DNA from: Squalus acanthias
Lineage: Eukaryota
DNA: 64,000 nucleotides
Assembly: GCA_030390025.1 (NCBI GenBank)
Contig: JASTWF010000033.1
Location: 1,676,001 to 1,740,000 of the forward strand
Reading direction: 5' to 3'
Part shown: one piece after another, positions 23,190 to 36,832 of the stretch
Position numbering within the stretch: position 1 is the stretch's first letter
Layout: the number at the start of each line of letters is the position of its first letter
The notes under the pieces: model-generated
Told to the model about the DNA's origin: nothing
Databases searched by the model: none
Seen by the model: the letters and a program-made list of their open reading frames with translations, nothing else
Position numbers and translations under genes: made by a program

Positions 23190-23935
23190 GACACAAAGAG
23201 TCTGCAAAGGGATATCGACAGGTTAAGTGAGTGGGCAAGAAGGTGGCAGATGGAGTATAATGTGGAGAAATGTGAAATTATTCACTTTGGTAGGAAGAAT
23301 AGAAAAACAGACTATTTTTTAAATGGTGAGAAATTATTAAATGTTTTTGTTCAGAGAGATTTGGGTTTCCTCGAACACAAATCACAGAGAGTTAGCATGC
23401 AGGTACAGCAAGCAATTGATTTCCCTAGAATCCAAAAATCTATCTATCTCAGCCTTGAATATACTCAAAGGCTCAGCATTCACAGCCATCTGGGGCAGAG
23501 AATTCCAAAGATTCACAACCCTCTGAGTGAAGAAATTCCTCCTCCTCTCGGTCTTAAATGGCCTACCCCCTATCCTGAGACTATGCCCCCTAGTTATGGA
23601 CACTCCAGCCAGGGGAAATAACCTCTCAGCATCTACCCTGTCAATCCCCTTCAGAATCTTGTATGTTTCAATGAGATCACCTCTCATTCTTCTAAACTCC
23701 AGAGAGGTCGGACCAGTGTTTTATAAAAGTTTATCATAACTTCCTTGCTTTTGTACTCTATGCCTCTATTTATGAAGCCCAGGATCCCGTATGCTTTTTA
23801 ACCGCTTTCTTATCCTGCCCTGCCACCTTCAACGATTTGTACACATATACCCCCAGGTCTCTCTGTTCAGGCACCCCCTAGAGAATTGTACCCTTTAGTA
23901 TATATTGCCTCTCCTCGTTCTTCCTACCAAAATGT
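23190..23935. mobile_element. Three abutting CR1 fragments (+ 23190-23415, - 23415-23705, - 23720-23935)
   Basis: WQMEYNVEKCEIIHFG on +; [12 protein letters not shown]... on -. Confidence 0.85.
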
Positions 23936-24154
23936 AGCGGTTAACTAATTGCATCCAGCCAGATTCAGTTCCTTCTGGAGAGAAGGGGAGACACAAAATC
24001 CCAGATGATGTAATGAATGTTGTTTTTAGACAGTAAGGATGAAGGGAGAGTGTGTAGAATTGGGAATTTACAGCTTAGGAGGGACAGGAGGGGAAAGGAT
24101 GTTGTATAGAAACTAGATTTGTCTGTTCTGAAGTTCTATTCTGTTGTAAACACC

Positions 24155-24560
24155 ATTTGAGGGTATTAGAAGGGGAGGATCTGCAGATGGAAACTGAATC
24201 CAAACATTGCGTCAAGATCTGACAGATTCACTGGATTTATCAGGACCTGAATATCATCGGCCTTTGGATACAGGAGGAAAAAGCACCAATCACAGCGGGG
24301 AGAAACAGGACACGTGTTCTGTGCCTGGATCCACTTTTAACAAATCGTCTAGTCTGTGAGACTCGTGCACCCACCTGAATCAACAGTGTAAATGTGGGGA
24401 ATGTGGGAACGGGTTCAGTTGCCCGTCTGAGGTGCAAACTCATGGATACAGTCACACCGGGGAGAGGCTCTTCACCAGCTGAGTGTGGAAAGAGAGTCAC
24501 TCACTCATCTCATCGATTCCCACCCTAACATATTGGTAAGGGGGAGAATCCATTCACTGC
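24155..24560 (+). pseudogene. Truncated degenerate ZNF B' (inverted paralog of B)
   Basis: gggtattagaaggggaggat leader and decayed fingers; reverse complement matches 10240-10465 plus 11247-11560. Confidence 0.75.
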
Positions 24561-24589
24561 TCTGGATGTGGAATGTGCCCTATTCACAC

Positions 24590-24943
24590 AGGAGGAGCCC
24601 AGTGCGCAGGCGCAGCGCCTGCCTGTATTTGGAGCATGCGCAGTGTCATTGTGATCCGGGCCGGCGAGGGCGACAACGGAGTAAAAGCTGCAGATACGAT
24701 TTACGCCAATTACGAATCAGCGAGACGCAGGAAGGTAATGCACCCGGCGGGTGGATTTCATAAACATCTTTTGGAGGCCGCAAGCCCTAAATGAGAACCT
24801 ACAGGTTCCGCGTTTCCAGCTCGGAGGCTTTTTCCCAGGAACAGGCCCAGGTTAACGGACGCCATCTTTGTAAAGGACAGCTGAGGGTTTGTGCCTCGCC
24901 ATCTTGCGTGATACTGCGCGTGCGCGGCCATCTTTGTAAAGGG
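24590..24943 (+). promoter_or_regulatory. CpG-rich promoter and first exon of ZNF D
   Basis: tgcgcaggcgca and gcatgcgca (NRF1-like), donor gaag|gtaatg at 24735, three gccatctt YY1-like cores. Confidence 0.65.
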
Positions 24944-25046
24944 ATAAAAACAAAATGCTGGAGATACTCAGCAGGCCAGGCAGCATCTGTGAAGAGACAA
25001 ACAGAGTTAACGTTTCCGGTCGATGACCTTTCGTCAGAACTGGAAA
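24944..25046 (-). mobile_element. Penelope-like terminal fragment with minimal hammerhead motif (25005-25041)
   Basis: Minus strand agtt-CTGACGA-aa-ggtc-atc-gacc-g-GAAA-cg-tt-aact; missing from the paralogous site near 29555. Confidence 0.72.
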
Positions 25047-25080
25047 AAAGGAACCACGAGTGGGCGGGGCTTCAGGGTCC

Positions 25081-25856
25081 CAGTGAGTGAACTGAACCCA
25101 GCCAGAGTCAGCACCTTCAGGGGAGGAGAGGGAGGGGAACCAGTGAGTGTAGAACTGAACCCAGCCAGAGTCAGCACCTTCAGGGGAGGAGAGGGAGGGG
25201 AACCAGTGAGTGAACTGAACCCAGCCAGAGTCAGCACCTTCAGGGGAGGAGAGGGAGGGGAACCAGTGAGTGTGTAACTGAACCCAGCCAGAGTCAGCAC
25301 CTTCAGGGGAGGAGAGGGAGGGGAACCAGTGAGTGTGGAACTGAACCCAGCCAGAGTCAGCACCTTCAGGGGAGGAGAGGGAGGGGAACCAGTGAGTGTA
25401 GAACTGAACCCAGCCAGAGTCAGCACCTTCAGGGGAGGAGAGGGAGGGGAACCAGAGAGTGTAGAACTGAACCCAGCCAGAGTCAGCACCTTCAGGGGAG
25501 GAGAGGGAGTGGAACTAGTGAGTGAACTGAACCCAGCCAGAGTCAGCACCTTCAGGGGAGGAGAGGGAGGGGAACCAGTGAGTGTGTAACTGAACCCAGC
25601 CAGAGTCAGCACCTTCAGGGGAGGAGAGGGAGGGGAACCAGTGAGTGTAGCACTGAACCCAGCCAGAGTCAGCACCTTCAGCGGAGGAGAGGTAGGGGAA
25701 CCAGTGAGTGTAGAATTGAACCCAGCCAGAGTCAGCACCTTCAGGGGAGGAGAGGGAGGGGAATCAGTGAGTGTAGAACTGAACCCAGCCAGAGTCAGCA
25801 CCTTCAGCGGAGGAGTGGGAGGGGAACCAGTGAGTGTAGAACTGAACCCAGCCAGG
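25081..25856 (+). repeat. 63-bp intronic minisatellite, about 12 copies
   Basis: Tandem 63/60-bp units. Confidence 0.96.
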
Positions 25857-26163
25857 GTTGGTGGTGAAAACTGGGAGCGGAGGATAAACAGCCTTGAGAC
25901 GTGCGATGTGTTTGGATTTTAGCACAGGGAGGAGGGACAATGTGTGGGACGGGGATTTACATCTTTGGAGGAACAAGAGAGGAAAGAATGTTCTTTCGAA
26001 ACTAGAATAGTCTGTTCTGAATTTCTGTCCTGTACTTACAGTGATGAGTTTTGTGAACTCCTTTTACAGGGTATTAGAAGGGGAGGATTTGAAGACGGGA
26101 AACTCAAACCAAACATCACTTCAAGATCTGACAGAGTCACTCGATTCATCAGAACCTTTGAAC

Positions 26164-27369
<1,206 letters not shown>

Positions 27370-29384
27370 CTGCAGAGGTTAGATTCTGATGTTATTGCTG
27401 CTGTTAATCACATCCAGGTCTGAACCATGTTCATTCTGACAGTTGGGGTTTGTTTCTGCTGATGTTAATAACCCCTGTAACTGGGCTGGAGTTTAATATT
27501 CTGGATATATGTCAAATAAATCAGTTTGCTTTAAACACATTGTTGTGGATTTTTGTCGTTCCCACCTGAGTGTTTAGTATCACCTGGCTGGAGCTCAGAA
27601 AGGACAATCTGGGGGGAGGATCGTACGACGGGAACAGAACGACAGCCTGGACACAGTCCTTCAGGGCCACACTGAGAGGGGCAAACGGCACTTTGGTCTT
27701 TCTCGTCTCTCTTCACAGACAGTAATGTCCCCGTGCAGGTTAATCTTGAGGCCTGTAAGGAATGTGTCCCAGCCGCTCTCTCCCATGGGTCAGAGCTCCT
27801 GGGCACGGAACAGAAGGCTCCTTTACAACTGTGTTTAGAGTCAGGAAGAACAACGGTGAATGCTGGAAACGTGCTGTCAAATCAGAGATTGGTGTCAAAC
27901 TGCGATCTGTTCCTGACTGAAAGTGAATCGGCAGGGTTAAGTTTCCAGTCTAAAAATGACTGGTATTTATTCCACGAAGATTTAATATGTGTGTGTGAGA
28001 CAGTCCTGAGTCTACCATTTTAAGGCAGGTATTAGCTCATTTAAAATAAACCCGTTTAAAATAAATTGGTTAAAGTCTGCATTAAAATAGCAGAGGGTGG
28101 AGTTCACAGGAGCCTGTTAACTGCTGGTATAATTATACAACAGACATTTGATCTCCAGATAAAGAAGGACCTGCAGCGTGTTTCCAGGAATTCCCTGTTT
28201 TATTGATGTGTGCGTGTTAGACACCAGGATAACTAAAAATACACGACCCGGAACATCCACGGGGTTACTCCAGGATCACTCCCGCTGCGGAACTCCACCA
28301 CTGACCCTGCACCAATCACCACCCACTGGAGGGTTATATCAGGAGCTTCTGTGTGATGGTGAGGTGATCACTGGACAATAAAGTGCTGAGACTGGTAGGT
28401 GGCTGCTCATTATCCTCGGTGTGATTTAAACCCCTTTCCCACTGAATACTGCGGACAGACAGGATCACCTTGGGAACGGAATGGTCATTGTGACATCACT
28501 TTCTAAACAAGAGCCCACAAGACAATGGGTTCTCAATAAATGTTAAAGGGATTCAACGCTCTGAAGATACACTGTGAATAAAGGAAATAAAATGCTGATC
28601 AATAATGGCTGAAGATAATGATTTCTCTCTGTGGAATGTGCTTGCACACATTAAGAATTATGTGTTTTGTTTACACATTCACACATCTAACAAACACTTT
28701 GTGTGAGCTCTTTTCAGTTGTTCTGTTTCACCCGATTGAATATAACTTACTGTGGTCTTTAGGACCCTGCGGCAGCCCATCCGGCGGGGCCCGCTGGGTC
28801 AGGATAAAAAGAGACCGCGCGCTGTTCCTCCTCCCACTGCCTGGGGGAATGGGCCAGATATTTAAAGGGACAGGGACTCCCCTTTCTCTGCCTATTTATA
28901 GTAAAAGGGACAGACCTGATAATCTTGGAATGTCGGCGGACTTCACTCACAGAGCTCCCATGAACAGTCGCTCCCTTCTGTACTGTGCAGTGATTGTAAA
29001 CCTGTCTGTTTCAGTGACTTGAGCCTTTCTAAAATGTCTCACTGTTTTTGACGATCCATTTGACTTGCTTGGTTAATTTGGAAAGACTTCAGAATTTTGC
29101 AGTGTGACGAAGTTTTCGTTTAAAGGTGGAATATCATTTCTTTCTAAATATTCTGTTCTCCCCCACCCTGATTTAAAACACTCTGCGCTACTGATTAGGA
29201 AGGTACCAAGTTCAATCCTTGATCTGGGCTGTGAGTTGTTCTCTGACAAGGCAGCAGTTCAGGGGCTGAACCATGGCAGAGTGCCCGTGCACTTGGGTTT
29301 CTGTGTGAATTATTGATGAATTTTCTCTCACTCGTATCACAGAAACTCATTCTCCATTCACCAACTGGGTCTTTCAATGACGGG

Positions 29385-29580
29385 TCCCAGTGCGCGGGCG
29401 CAGTTCCCGCCTGTATTTGGAGCATGCGCAGTGTCATTGTGATCAGAGCCGGGCGAGTGCGGAAGCGCTGAGAATTCGGAGAAACGTGGTGGTTTTGTTC
29501 GTCTCCCTCTTGTTTCATCGAGCAGTACAGCGCATGCGCCGCCATCTTTGTAAAGGGACCAGTAGTGGGCGGGGCTTCAG
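29385..29580 (+). promoter_or_regulatory. Compact CpG promoter of ZNF E
   Basis: gcatgcgca, gcgcatgcgc (NRF1-like), cgccgccatcttt (YY1), gggcgggg (GC box). Confidence 0.65.
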
Positions 29581-29585
29581 GGTCC

Positions 29586-31305
29586 CAGTGAGTGAACTGA
29601 ACCCAGCCAGAGTCAGCACCTTCAGGGGAGGAGAGGGAGGGGAACCACTGAGTGTAGAACTGAACCCAGCCAGAGTCAACACCTTCAGGGGAGGAGAGGG
29701 AGGGGAACCAGTGAGTGTGGAACTGAACCCAGACAGAGTCAGCACCTTCAGGGGAGGAGAGGGAGGGGAACCAGTGAGTGTGGAACTGAACCCAGCCAGA
29801 GTCAGCACCTTCAGGGGAGGAGAGGGAGGGGAACCAGTGAGTGTGAAACTGAACCCAGCCAGAGTCAGCACCTTCAGGGGAGGAGAGGGAGGGGAACCAG
29901 TGAGTGTGGAACTGAACCCAGCCAGAGTCAGCACCTTCAGGGAGGAGAGGGAGGGGAACCAGTGAGTGTGGAACTGAACCCAGCCAGAGTCAGCACCTTC
30001 AGGGGAGGAGAGGGAGGGGAACCAGTGAGTGAACTGAACCCAGCCAGAGTCAGCACCTTCAGGGGAGGAGAGGGAGGGGAACCAGTGAATGTAGAACTGA
30101 ACCCAGCCAGAGTCAGCACCTTCAGGGGAGGAGAGGGAGGGGAACCAGTGAATGTAGAACTGAACCCAGCCAGAGTCAGCACCTTCAGGGGAGGAGAGGG
30201 AGGGGAACCAGTGAATGTAGAACTGAACCCAGCCAGAGTCAGCACCTTCAGGGGAGGAGAGGGAGGGGAACCAGTGAATGTAGAACTGAACCCAGCCAGA
30301 GTCAGCACCTTCAGGGGAGGAGAGGGAGGGGAACCAGTGAATGTAGAACTGAACCCAGCCAGAGTCAGCACTTTCAGGGGAGGAGAGAGAGGGGAACCAG
30401 TGAGTGAACTGAACCCAGCCAGAATCAGCACCTTCAGGGGAGGAGAAGGAGGAGAACCAGTGAGTGTAGGACTGAACCCAGCCAGAGTCAGCACCTTCAG
30501 GGGAGGAGAGGGAGGGGAACCACTGAGTGTAGGACTGAACCCAGCCAGAGTCAGCACCTTCAGGGGAGGAGAGGGAGGGGAACCAGTGAGTGTAGAACTG
30601 AACCCAGCCAGAGTCAGCACCTTCAGGGGAGGAGAGGGAGGGGAACCAGTGAGTGTGGAACTGAACCCAGCCAGAGTCAGCACCTTCAGAAGAGGAGAGG
30701 GAGAGGAACCAGTGAGTGAACTGAACCCAGCCAGAGTCAGCACCTTCAGGGGAGGAGAGTGAGGGGAACCAGTGATTGTAGAACTGAACCAAGCCAGAGT
30801 CGGCACCTTCAGAAGAGGAGAGGGAGGGGAACCAGTGAGTGTGGAACTGAACCAAGCCAGAGTCAGCACCTTCAGGGGATGAGAGGGAGGGGAACCAGTG
30901 ACTGTAGAACTGAACCCAGCCAGAGTCAGCACCTTCAGGGGAGGAGAGAGAGGGGAACCAGTGAATGTAGAACTGAACCCAGCCAGAGTCAGCACCTTCA
31001 GGGGAGGAGAGGGAGGGGAACCAGTGAATGTAGAACTGAACCCAGCCAGAGTCAGCACCTTCAGGGGAGGAGAGAGAGGGGAACCAGTGAGTGTGGAACT
31101 GAACCAAGCCAGAGTCAGCACCTTCAGGGGAGGAGAGGGAGGGGAACCAGTGACTGTAGAACTGAACCCAGCCAGAGTCAGCACCTTCAGGGGAGGAGAG
31201 GAAGGGGAACCAGTGAGTGTTGAACTGAACCCAGCCAGAGTCAGCACCTTCAGGGGAGGAGAGGGAGGGGAACCAGTGAGTGTAGATATGAACGCAGCCA
31301 GAGTT
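29586..31305 (+). repeat. 63-bp intronic minisatellite, about 27 copies
   Basis: Tandem 63/60-bp units; source of the spurious 639-aa and 436-aa ORFs. Confidence 0.96.
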
Positions 31306-31869
31306 GATGGTGAAAACTGGGAGTGGAGGACAAACTGTCTTCTGATGTGCGATGTGTTTGGATTTTAGCACAGGGAGGAGGGACAATGTGTGGGACGGGG
31401 ATTTGGAGGCACAAGAGAGGAAAGAATGTTCCATAGAAACTATTATTGTCTGATCTGAATTTCTGTCCTGTACTTACAGTGATGAGTTTTGTAAACACTT
31501 TTACAGGGTTTTAGAAGGGGAGGATTTGAAGAAGGGAAACTCAAACCAAACATCACGTCAAGATTTGACAGCGTCACTCGATTCATTAGGACCTGAATAT
31601 CATCAGCCTTTGAATGTGGAAGGAGAAATGTTTGTCTGTTCTGTCTGTGGGAAAAGATTTCAAACATCAGTGTGACTGGAAAAGCACCGAGACACACACA
31701 CCCGAGTGAGAGTGTTCCAGTGCACTGACTGTGGAAAGAGCTTTAACCAGTTACACAGCCTGAAAAAACATTGCACCATTCACAGCGGGGAGAGACCGTA
31801 CATGTGTTGTGTGTGTGACGAGGCTTCAACTGATCGTCCAACCTGGAGAGACACGAGGACACCTGCACC

Positions 31870-32628
31870 ATGGAGAAACCGTGGAAATGTGGGGACTGTG
31901 TGAAGGGATTCAGTTACCCGTCTGAGCTGGAAAGTCATCGTCGCAGTCACACTGGGGAGAGGCCGTTCACCTGCTCTGAATGTGGGAAGGGATTCACTCG
32001 GTCATCCACTCTGCTGATACACCAGCAAGTTCACATAGGGGAGAGACCGCTCACCTGCTCTGAGTGTGGGAAGGGATTCAGTCAGTCATCCAACCTGCTG
32101 ACACACCAGCGAGTTCACACTGGGGAGAGGCCGTTCACCTGCTCTGAGTGTGGGAAGGGATTCAGTCAGTCATCCAACCTGCTGACACACCAGCGAGTTC
32201 ACACTGGGGAGAGGCCGTTCACCTGCTCTGAGTGTGGGAAGGGATTCACTCGGTCATCCAACCTGCTGACACACCAGCGAGTTCACACTGGGGAGAGACC
32301 ATTCACCTGCGCCGTGTGTGGGAAGGGATTCATTCAGTCATCCAACCTGATAACACACCAGCGAGTTCACACTGGGGAGAGGCCATTCACCTGCTCTGGG
32401 TGTGGGAAGGGATTCACTCGGTCACCCGACTTGCTGATACACCAGCGAGTTCACACTGGGGAGAGGCCGTTCACCTGCTCCGTGTGTGGGAAGAGATTCA
32501 CTCAGTCATCCAGCCTGCTGACACACCAGCGAGTTCACACTGGGGAGAGGCCGTTCACCTGGTCTGAGTGTGGGAAGGGCTTCACTCGGTCATCCGACCT
32601 GCTGAGACATCAGCGAGTTCACAAGTGA
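31870..32628 (+). CDS. C2H2 zinc-finger protein E, 252 aa, 9 fingers (last one C->W), no visible effector domain
   Basis: caccATGG Kozak start, [10 protein letters not shown]...; open to RHQRVHK*; acceptor ttttacAG near 31506; family 3'UTR follows. Confidence 0.8.
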   Translation: MEKPWKCGDCVKGFSYPSELESHRRSHTGERPFTCSECGKGFTRSSTLLIHQQVHIGERPLTCSECGKGFSQSSNLLTHQRVHTGERPFTCSECGKGFSQSSNLLTHQRVHTGERPFTCSECGKGFTRSSNLLTHQRVHTGERPFTCAVCGKGFIQSSNLITHQRVHTGERPFTCSGCGKGFTRSPDLLIHQRVHTGERPFTCSVCGKRFTQSSSLLTHQRVHTGERPFTWSECGKGFTRSSDLLRHQRVHK

Positions 32629-33934
32629 CTGCAGGGGTTGGATTCTGCTGTTATTGCTGCTGTTAATTACATCCCGGACTGAATCGTCTTCATTCTGACA
32701 GGTGGAGTTTCTTCCTGCTGATGTTAATAACCCCTATAACTGGGCTGGAGTTTAATATTTTGATATTTCAAGTAACAGTGAGTTGATATTTGATGTCTCC
32801 AAGATAAGAGGAGACTAATTGATGTCCTGTTACCGACTGCTCCATTTTTGGGCCTTTTCTCCTTTCTAACTCGAGATTATTTCAGTTCTCGAACCTTTGG
32901 TTACTCACATGGACAAGTCCCAGCTCCCCATACCTTCCAGAGTGCCTCTCCTAGCCTTGGTATCCAGGGAAGGTCTCGGTAACACGCCCGGGATCACTAA
33001 ACACAAAACCCAGTCTGTTAATCACTTTCAGCTACTGGACTTAGCGTGTTTCCCACAGCATCTCTCTCACCTTCGATGTGTGAATAGAGCATCACGCCTG
33101 CAAACCTGCTTTCAATTTAAATTTGAATCCACTCAGCAAATGTATTTAATAAAATACGTACAAGTAAACAGATCACATCAAATAATTGGCAAAGGCTTAG
33201 AGTCAACAAGATGAACAAGTGAACACATCACGGCCCAATACCCCAGCTCTATATTCTCAGGAGAAAGTCTGTTATCTAACTCCTCGAGTGGACAGAGTAG
33301 AGAAAGATCCCAACTCTAAGAACATCTAGAATCTGTTGTAAATATCTTTCAAATCCTGACTGGTCCAATCTGTCGGTTTCCTTTCAATTGAAGTGAATGG
33401 AAGATGAGAGGGGTGTTGGCATATGGACCTCGGTTAATTCAGCTTCTGAAAGGTGTTCATGTTTAGTTCATTCGATATCAGGGAAAATGTGGTTGGTATC
33501 ATTAGAGAGAGAGAGAGATTTCACTGAGCAACAGCTGGTGTTTGCAACCAACTGGCCTTGGATATTTTCATCATAGAATGTTTCGATCAGAAATATGATG
33601 TCGGGATAAGAAAAGTCTGGAGACTAGTGGTTTGTGCTGCCCCAGGAAGGCCACAGTGTTTTTACCTGCTTCTAACGTTGTTGATGTGTGTTGAAGAAAA
33701 TGCAGACTTGTGTCTCTGGACTGTGCAGTAGCCAGAGATGACCATATTAGGCAATGCCAGCTCCAGTTTGATAAGAGGTTGATGGCAGAGCAAGAGATCC
33801 AGCAGTTTTAAGAATTTATCTCCCGTTATCTGCAGACATCGAATGTCGCAGCGTGCTGACAAAATTGGACTTCAGACTTTAACCTATTGGGTTCAATTAT
33901 TGAGATCGATTGTTATAGAATTGAATTGTTATAG

Positions 33935-34545
33935 AATGGAAAAGTAGTGAAGTTATGCTAAACTTGTATCGAACCTTGGTTAGACCACACTTGGAGCACT
34001 GCGTACAATTCTGGACACCATATTATAAAAAGGATATAGAGGCACTGGAGAGGGTGCAGAGAAGATTTACAAGGATGATACCAGAAATGAGAGGGTATAC
34101 CTGTCAGGAAAGGATGGACAGGCTGTGTCTCTTTTCTCTTGAAAAAAGAAGGCTGAGGGGTGACCTAATAGAGGTCTTTAAAATTATGAAACGTTTTGAT
34201 AGAGTAGATACAGAGAGAGTGTTTCCACTTGTGGGGAAGAGCATAACTAGAGGCCATCAATATAAGATAGTCACCAAGAAATCAAATAGGGAATTCAGGA
34301 GAAACTTCTTTACCCAGAGAGTGGGGAGAATGTGGAACTCGCTACCACAGGGAGTGGTTGAAGCGAATAGTATAGATACATTTAAGGGGAGGCTAGACAA
34401 GCATATGAGGGAGAAGGGAATAGAGGGTTATGCTGATAGTTAGATGGGGAAAGACGGGAGGAGGCTCGAGTGGAGCATAAACGCCGGCAAGGACTGGTTG
34501 GGCCGAATGGCCTGTTTCTGTGCCGTATATCCTGTGTAATCCTGT
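33935..34545 (+). mobile_element. CR1 3' fragment (inverted duplicate of 5608-6215)
   Basis: ORF 33955-34443 nearly identical to 5705-6190. Confidence 0.92.
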
Positions 34546-34869
34546 GTAGTCACAGCAAACAGACAGTTTAACAGACTGCCCATGGTCCACTCGAACCCCC
34601 ACCTTCTCTCTCTCTCACTATTCATGGACACTGCTGCAGTAATTGCTCCTCTGACCTTTCCTCTCTTGTCCCTCCTACACCCCTAATACACGGCCCGACA
34701 CAATCTCCCTCCCCCTACATCCTCACTGTGCTGGAATCCACACCAGTCTCCCCATCTGCTCCTTGTTCTCTCCCTGGATCCGAAAGCTGCTGAACTCAGT
34801 CTCCCCTCCTGAAGTCTGCAGGCTCTAAAACTGAAGCTTGGTGTCCCTCAGTCCCTACTCCTCCCCTTC

Positions 34870-36720
34870 TCTCCTCCTCTTTTCCCCCGGGCTGTGACCA
34901 CACTCTGGGCCTTGGGCCTTGCCCGGGGATTCTCAGTATGAACAGGTGGGGTGTGTTTTGAGACAGGGTGTCTCCGCTCTCCTCCTCTTTTCCCTCTTGG
35001 TTGTGTCCACACTCTGGGCCTTGGACCTTGCCCGGGGATTCTCAGTATGAACAGGTGGGGTGTGTTTTGAGACAGGGTGTCCCCGCTCTCCTCCTCTTTT
35101 CCCCCTTGGTTGTGTTCCACACTCTGGGCCTTGGGCCTTGCCCGGGGATTCTCAGTATGAACAGCGGGGATGTGTTTGAGACAGGGTGTCTCCGCTCTCC
35201 TCCTCTTTTCCCCCGGGGTGTGTTCCACACTCTGGGCCTTGGGCCTTGGGCCTTGCCCGGGGATTCTCAGTATGAACAGGTGGGATGTGTTTTGAGACAG
35301 GGTATCTCCGCTCTCCTCCTCTTCCCCCGGGGTGTGTCCACACTCTGGGCCTTGGGCCTTGCCCGGGGATTCTCAGTATGAACAGATGGGTTGTGTTTTG
35401 AGACAGGGTGTCCCCGCTCTCCTCCTCTTTTCCCCGGGGTGGGTCCACACTCTGCGCCTTGGGTCTTGCCCGGGGATTCTCAGTATGAACAGGTGGGGTG
35501 TGTTTTGAGACAGGGTGTCCCCGCTCTCCTCCTCTTTCCCCGGGGTGTGTCCACACTCTGGGCCTTGGGCCTTGCCCGGGGATTCTCAGTATGAACAGGT
35601 GGGGTGTGTTTTGAGACAGGGTGTCCCCGCTCTCCTCCTCTTTTCCCCCGTGGTGTGTCCACACTCTGGGCCTTGGGCCTTGCCCGGGGATTCTCAGTAT
35701 TAACAGGTGGGGTGTGTTTTGAGACAGGGTGTCCCCGCTCTCCTCCTCTTTTCCCACTTGGTTGTGTTCCACACTCTGGGCCTTGGGCCTTGCCCGGGGA
35801 TTCTCAGTATGAACAGCGGGGATGTGTTTGAGACAGGGTGTCCCCGCTCTCCTCCTCTTTTCCCCCGGGGTGTGTTCCACACTCTGGGCCTTGGGCCTTG
35901 GGCCTTGCCCGGGGATTCTCAGTATGAACAGGTGGGATGTGTTTTGAGACAGGGTATCTCCGCTCTCCTCCTCTTCCCCCGGGGTGTGTCCACACTCTGG
36001 GCCTTGGGCCTTGCCCGGGGATTCTCAGTTTGAACAGATGGGGTGTGTTTTGAGACAGGGTGTCCCCGCTCTCCTCCTCCTTTCCCCGGGGTATGTCCAC
36101 ACTCTGCGCCTTGGGCCTTGCCCGGGGATTCTCAGTATTAACAGGTGGGGTGTGTTTTGAGACAGGGTGTCCCCGCTCTCCTCCTCTTTCCCCGGGGTGT
36201 GTCCACACTCTGGGCCTTGGGCCTTGCCCGGGGATTCTCAGTATGAACAGGTGGGGTGTGTTTTGAGACAGGGTGTCTCCGCTCTCCTCCTCTTTTTCCC
36301 CGGGGTGTGTCCACACTCTGGGCCTTGGGACTTGCCCGGGGATTCTCAGTATGAACAGGTGGGATGTGTGTTTGGAGACAGGGTGTCCCCGCTCTCCTCC
36401 TCTTTTCCCCGGGGTGTGTCCACACTCTGGGCCTTGGGCCTTGCCCGGGGATTCTCAGTATGAACAGGAGGGGTGTGTTTTGAGACAGGGTGTCTCCGCT
36501 CTCCTCCTCTTTTCCCCCGGGGTGTGTCCACACTCTGGGCCTTGGGCCTTGCCCGGGGATTCTCAGTATGAACAGGTGGGATGTGTGTTTGGAGACAGGG
36601 TGTCCCCGCTCTCCTCCTCTTTTCCCCGGGGTGTGTCCACACTCTGGGCCTTGGGCCTTGCCCGGGGATTCTCAGTATGAACAGGTGGGGTGTGTTTTGA
36701 GACAGGGTGTCCCCGCTCTC
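34870..36720 (-). repeat. ~107-bp minisatellite, about 17 copies
   Basis: Reverse complement of the 4523-5280 unit. Confidence 0.95.
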
Positions 36721-36832
36721 CACCTTTAAAGGGACAAGGAGACGACCAGCTGGGCTGAATGGCCGTGCTTTATGACATCACTGCAGTGCCTAGCAACCAA
36801 CCTCCCTGAGTCTTGCTCATTATGGGATGGCA

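Noticed and set aside
29515..31434. 639-aa and 436-aa repetitive ORFs (also 25034-25801 and 8798-9571)
   Set aside because: By-products of a 63-bp (3n) minisatellite that is open in several frames on both strands
31508..31620. [16 protein letters not shown] leader as a novel N-terminal protein domain
   Set aside because: No upstream coding exon found; interrupted by a stop in C (16299-16301) and followed by stops in A and E; better read as 5'UTR, though a coding ancestry cannot be excluded
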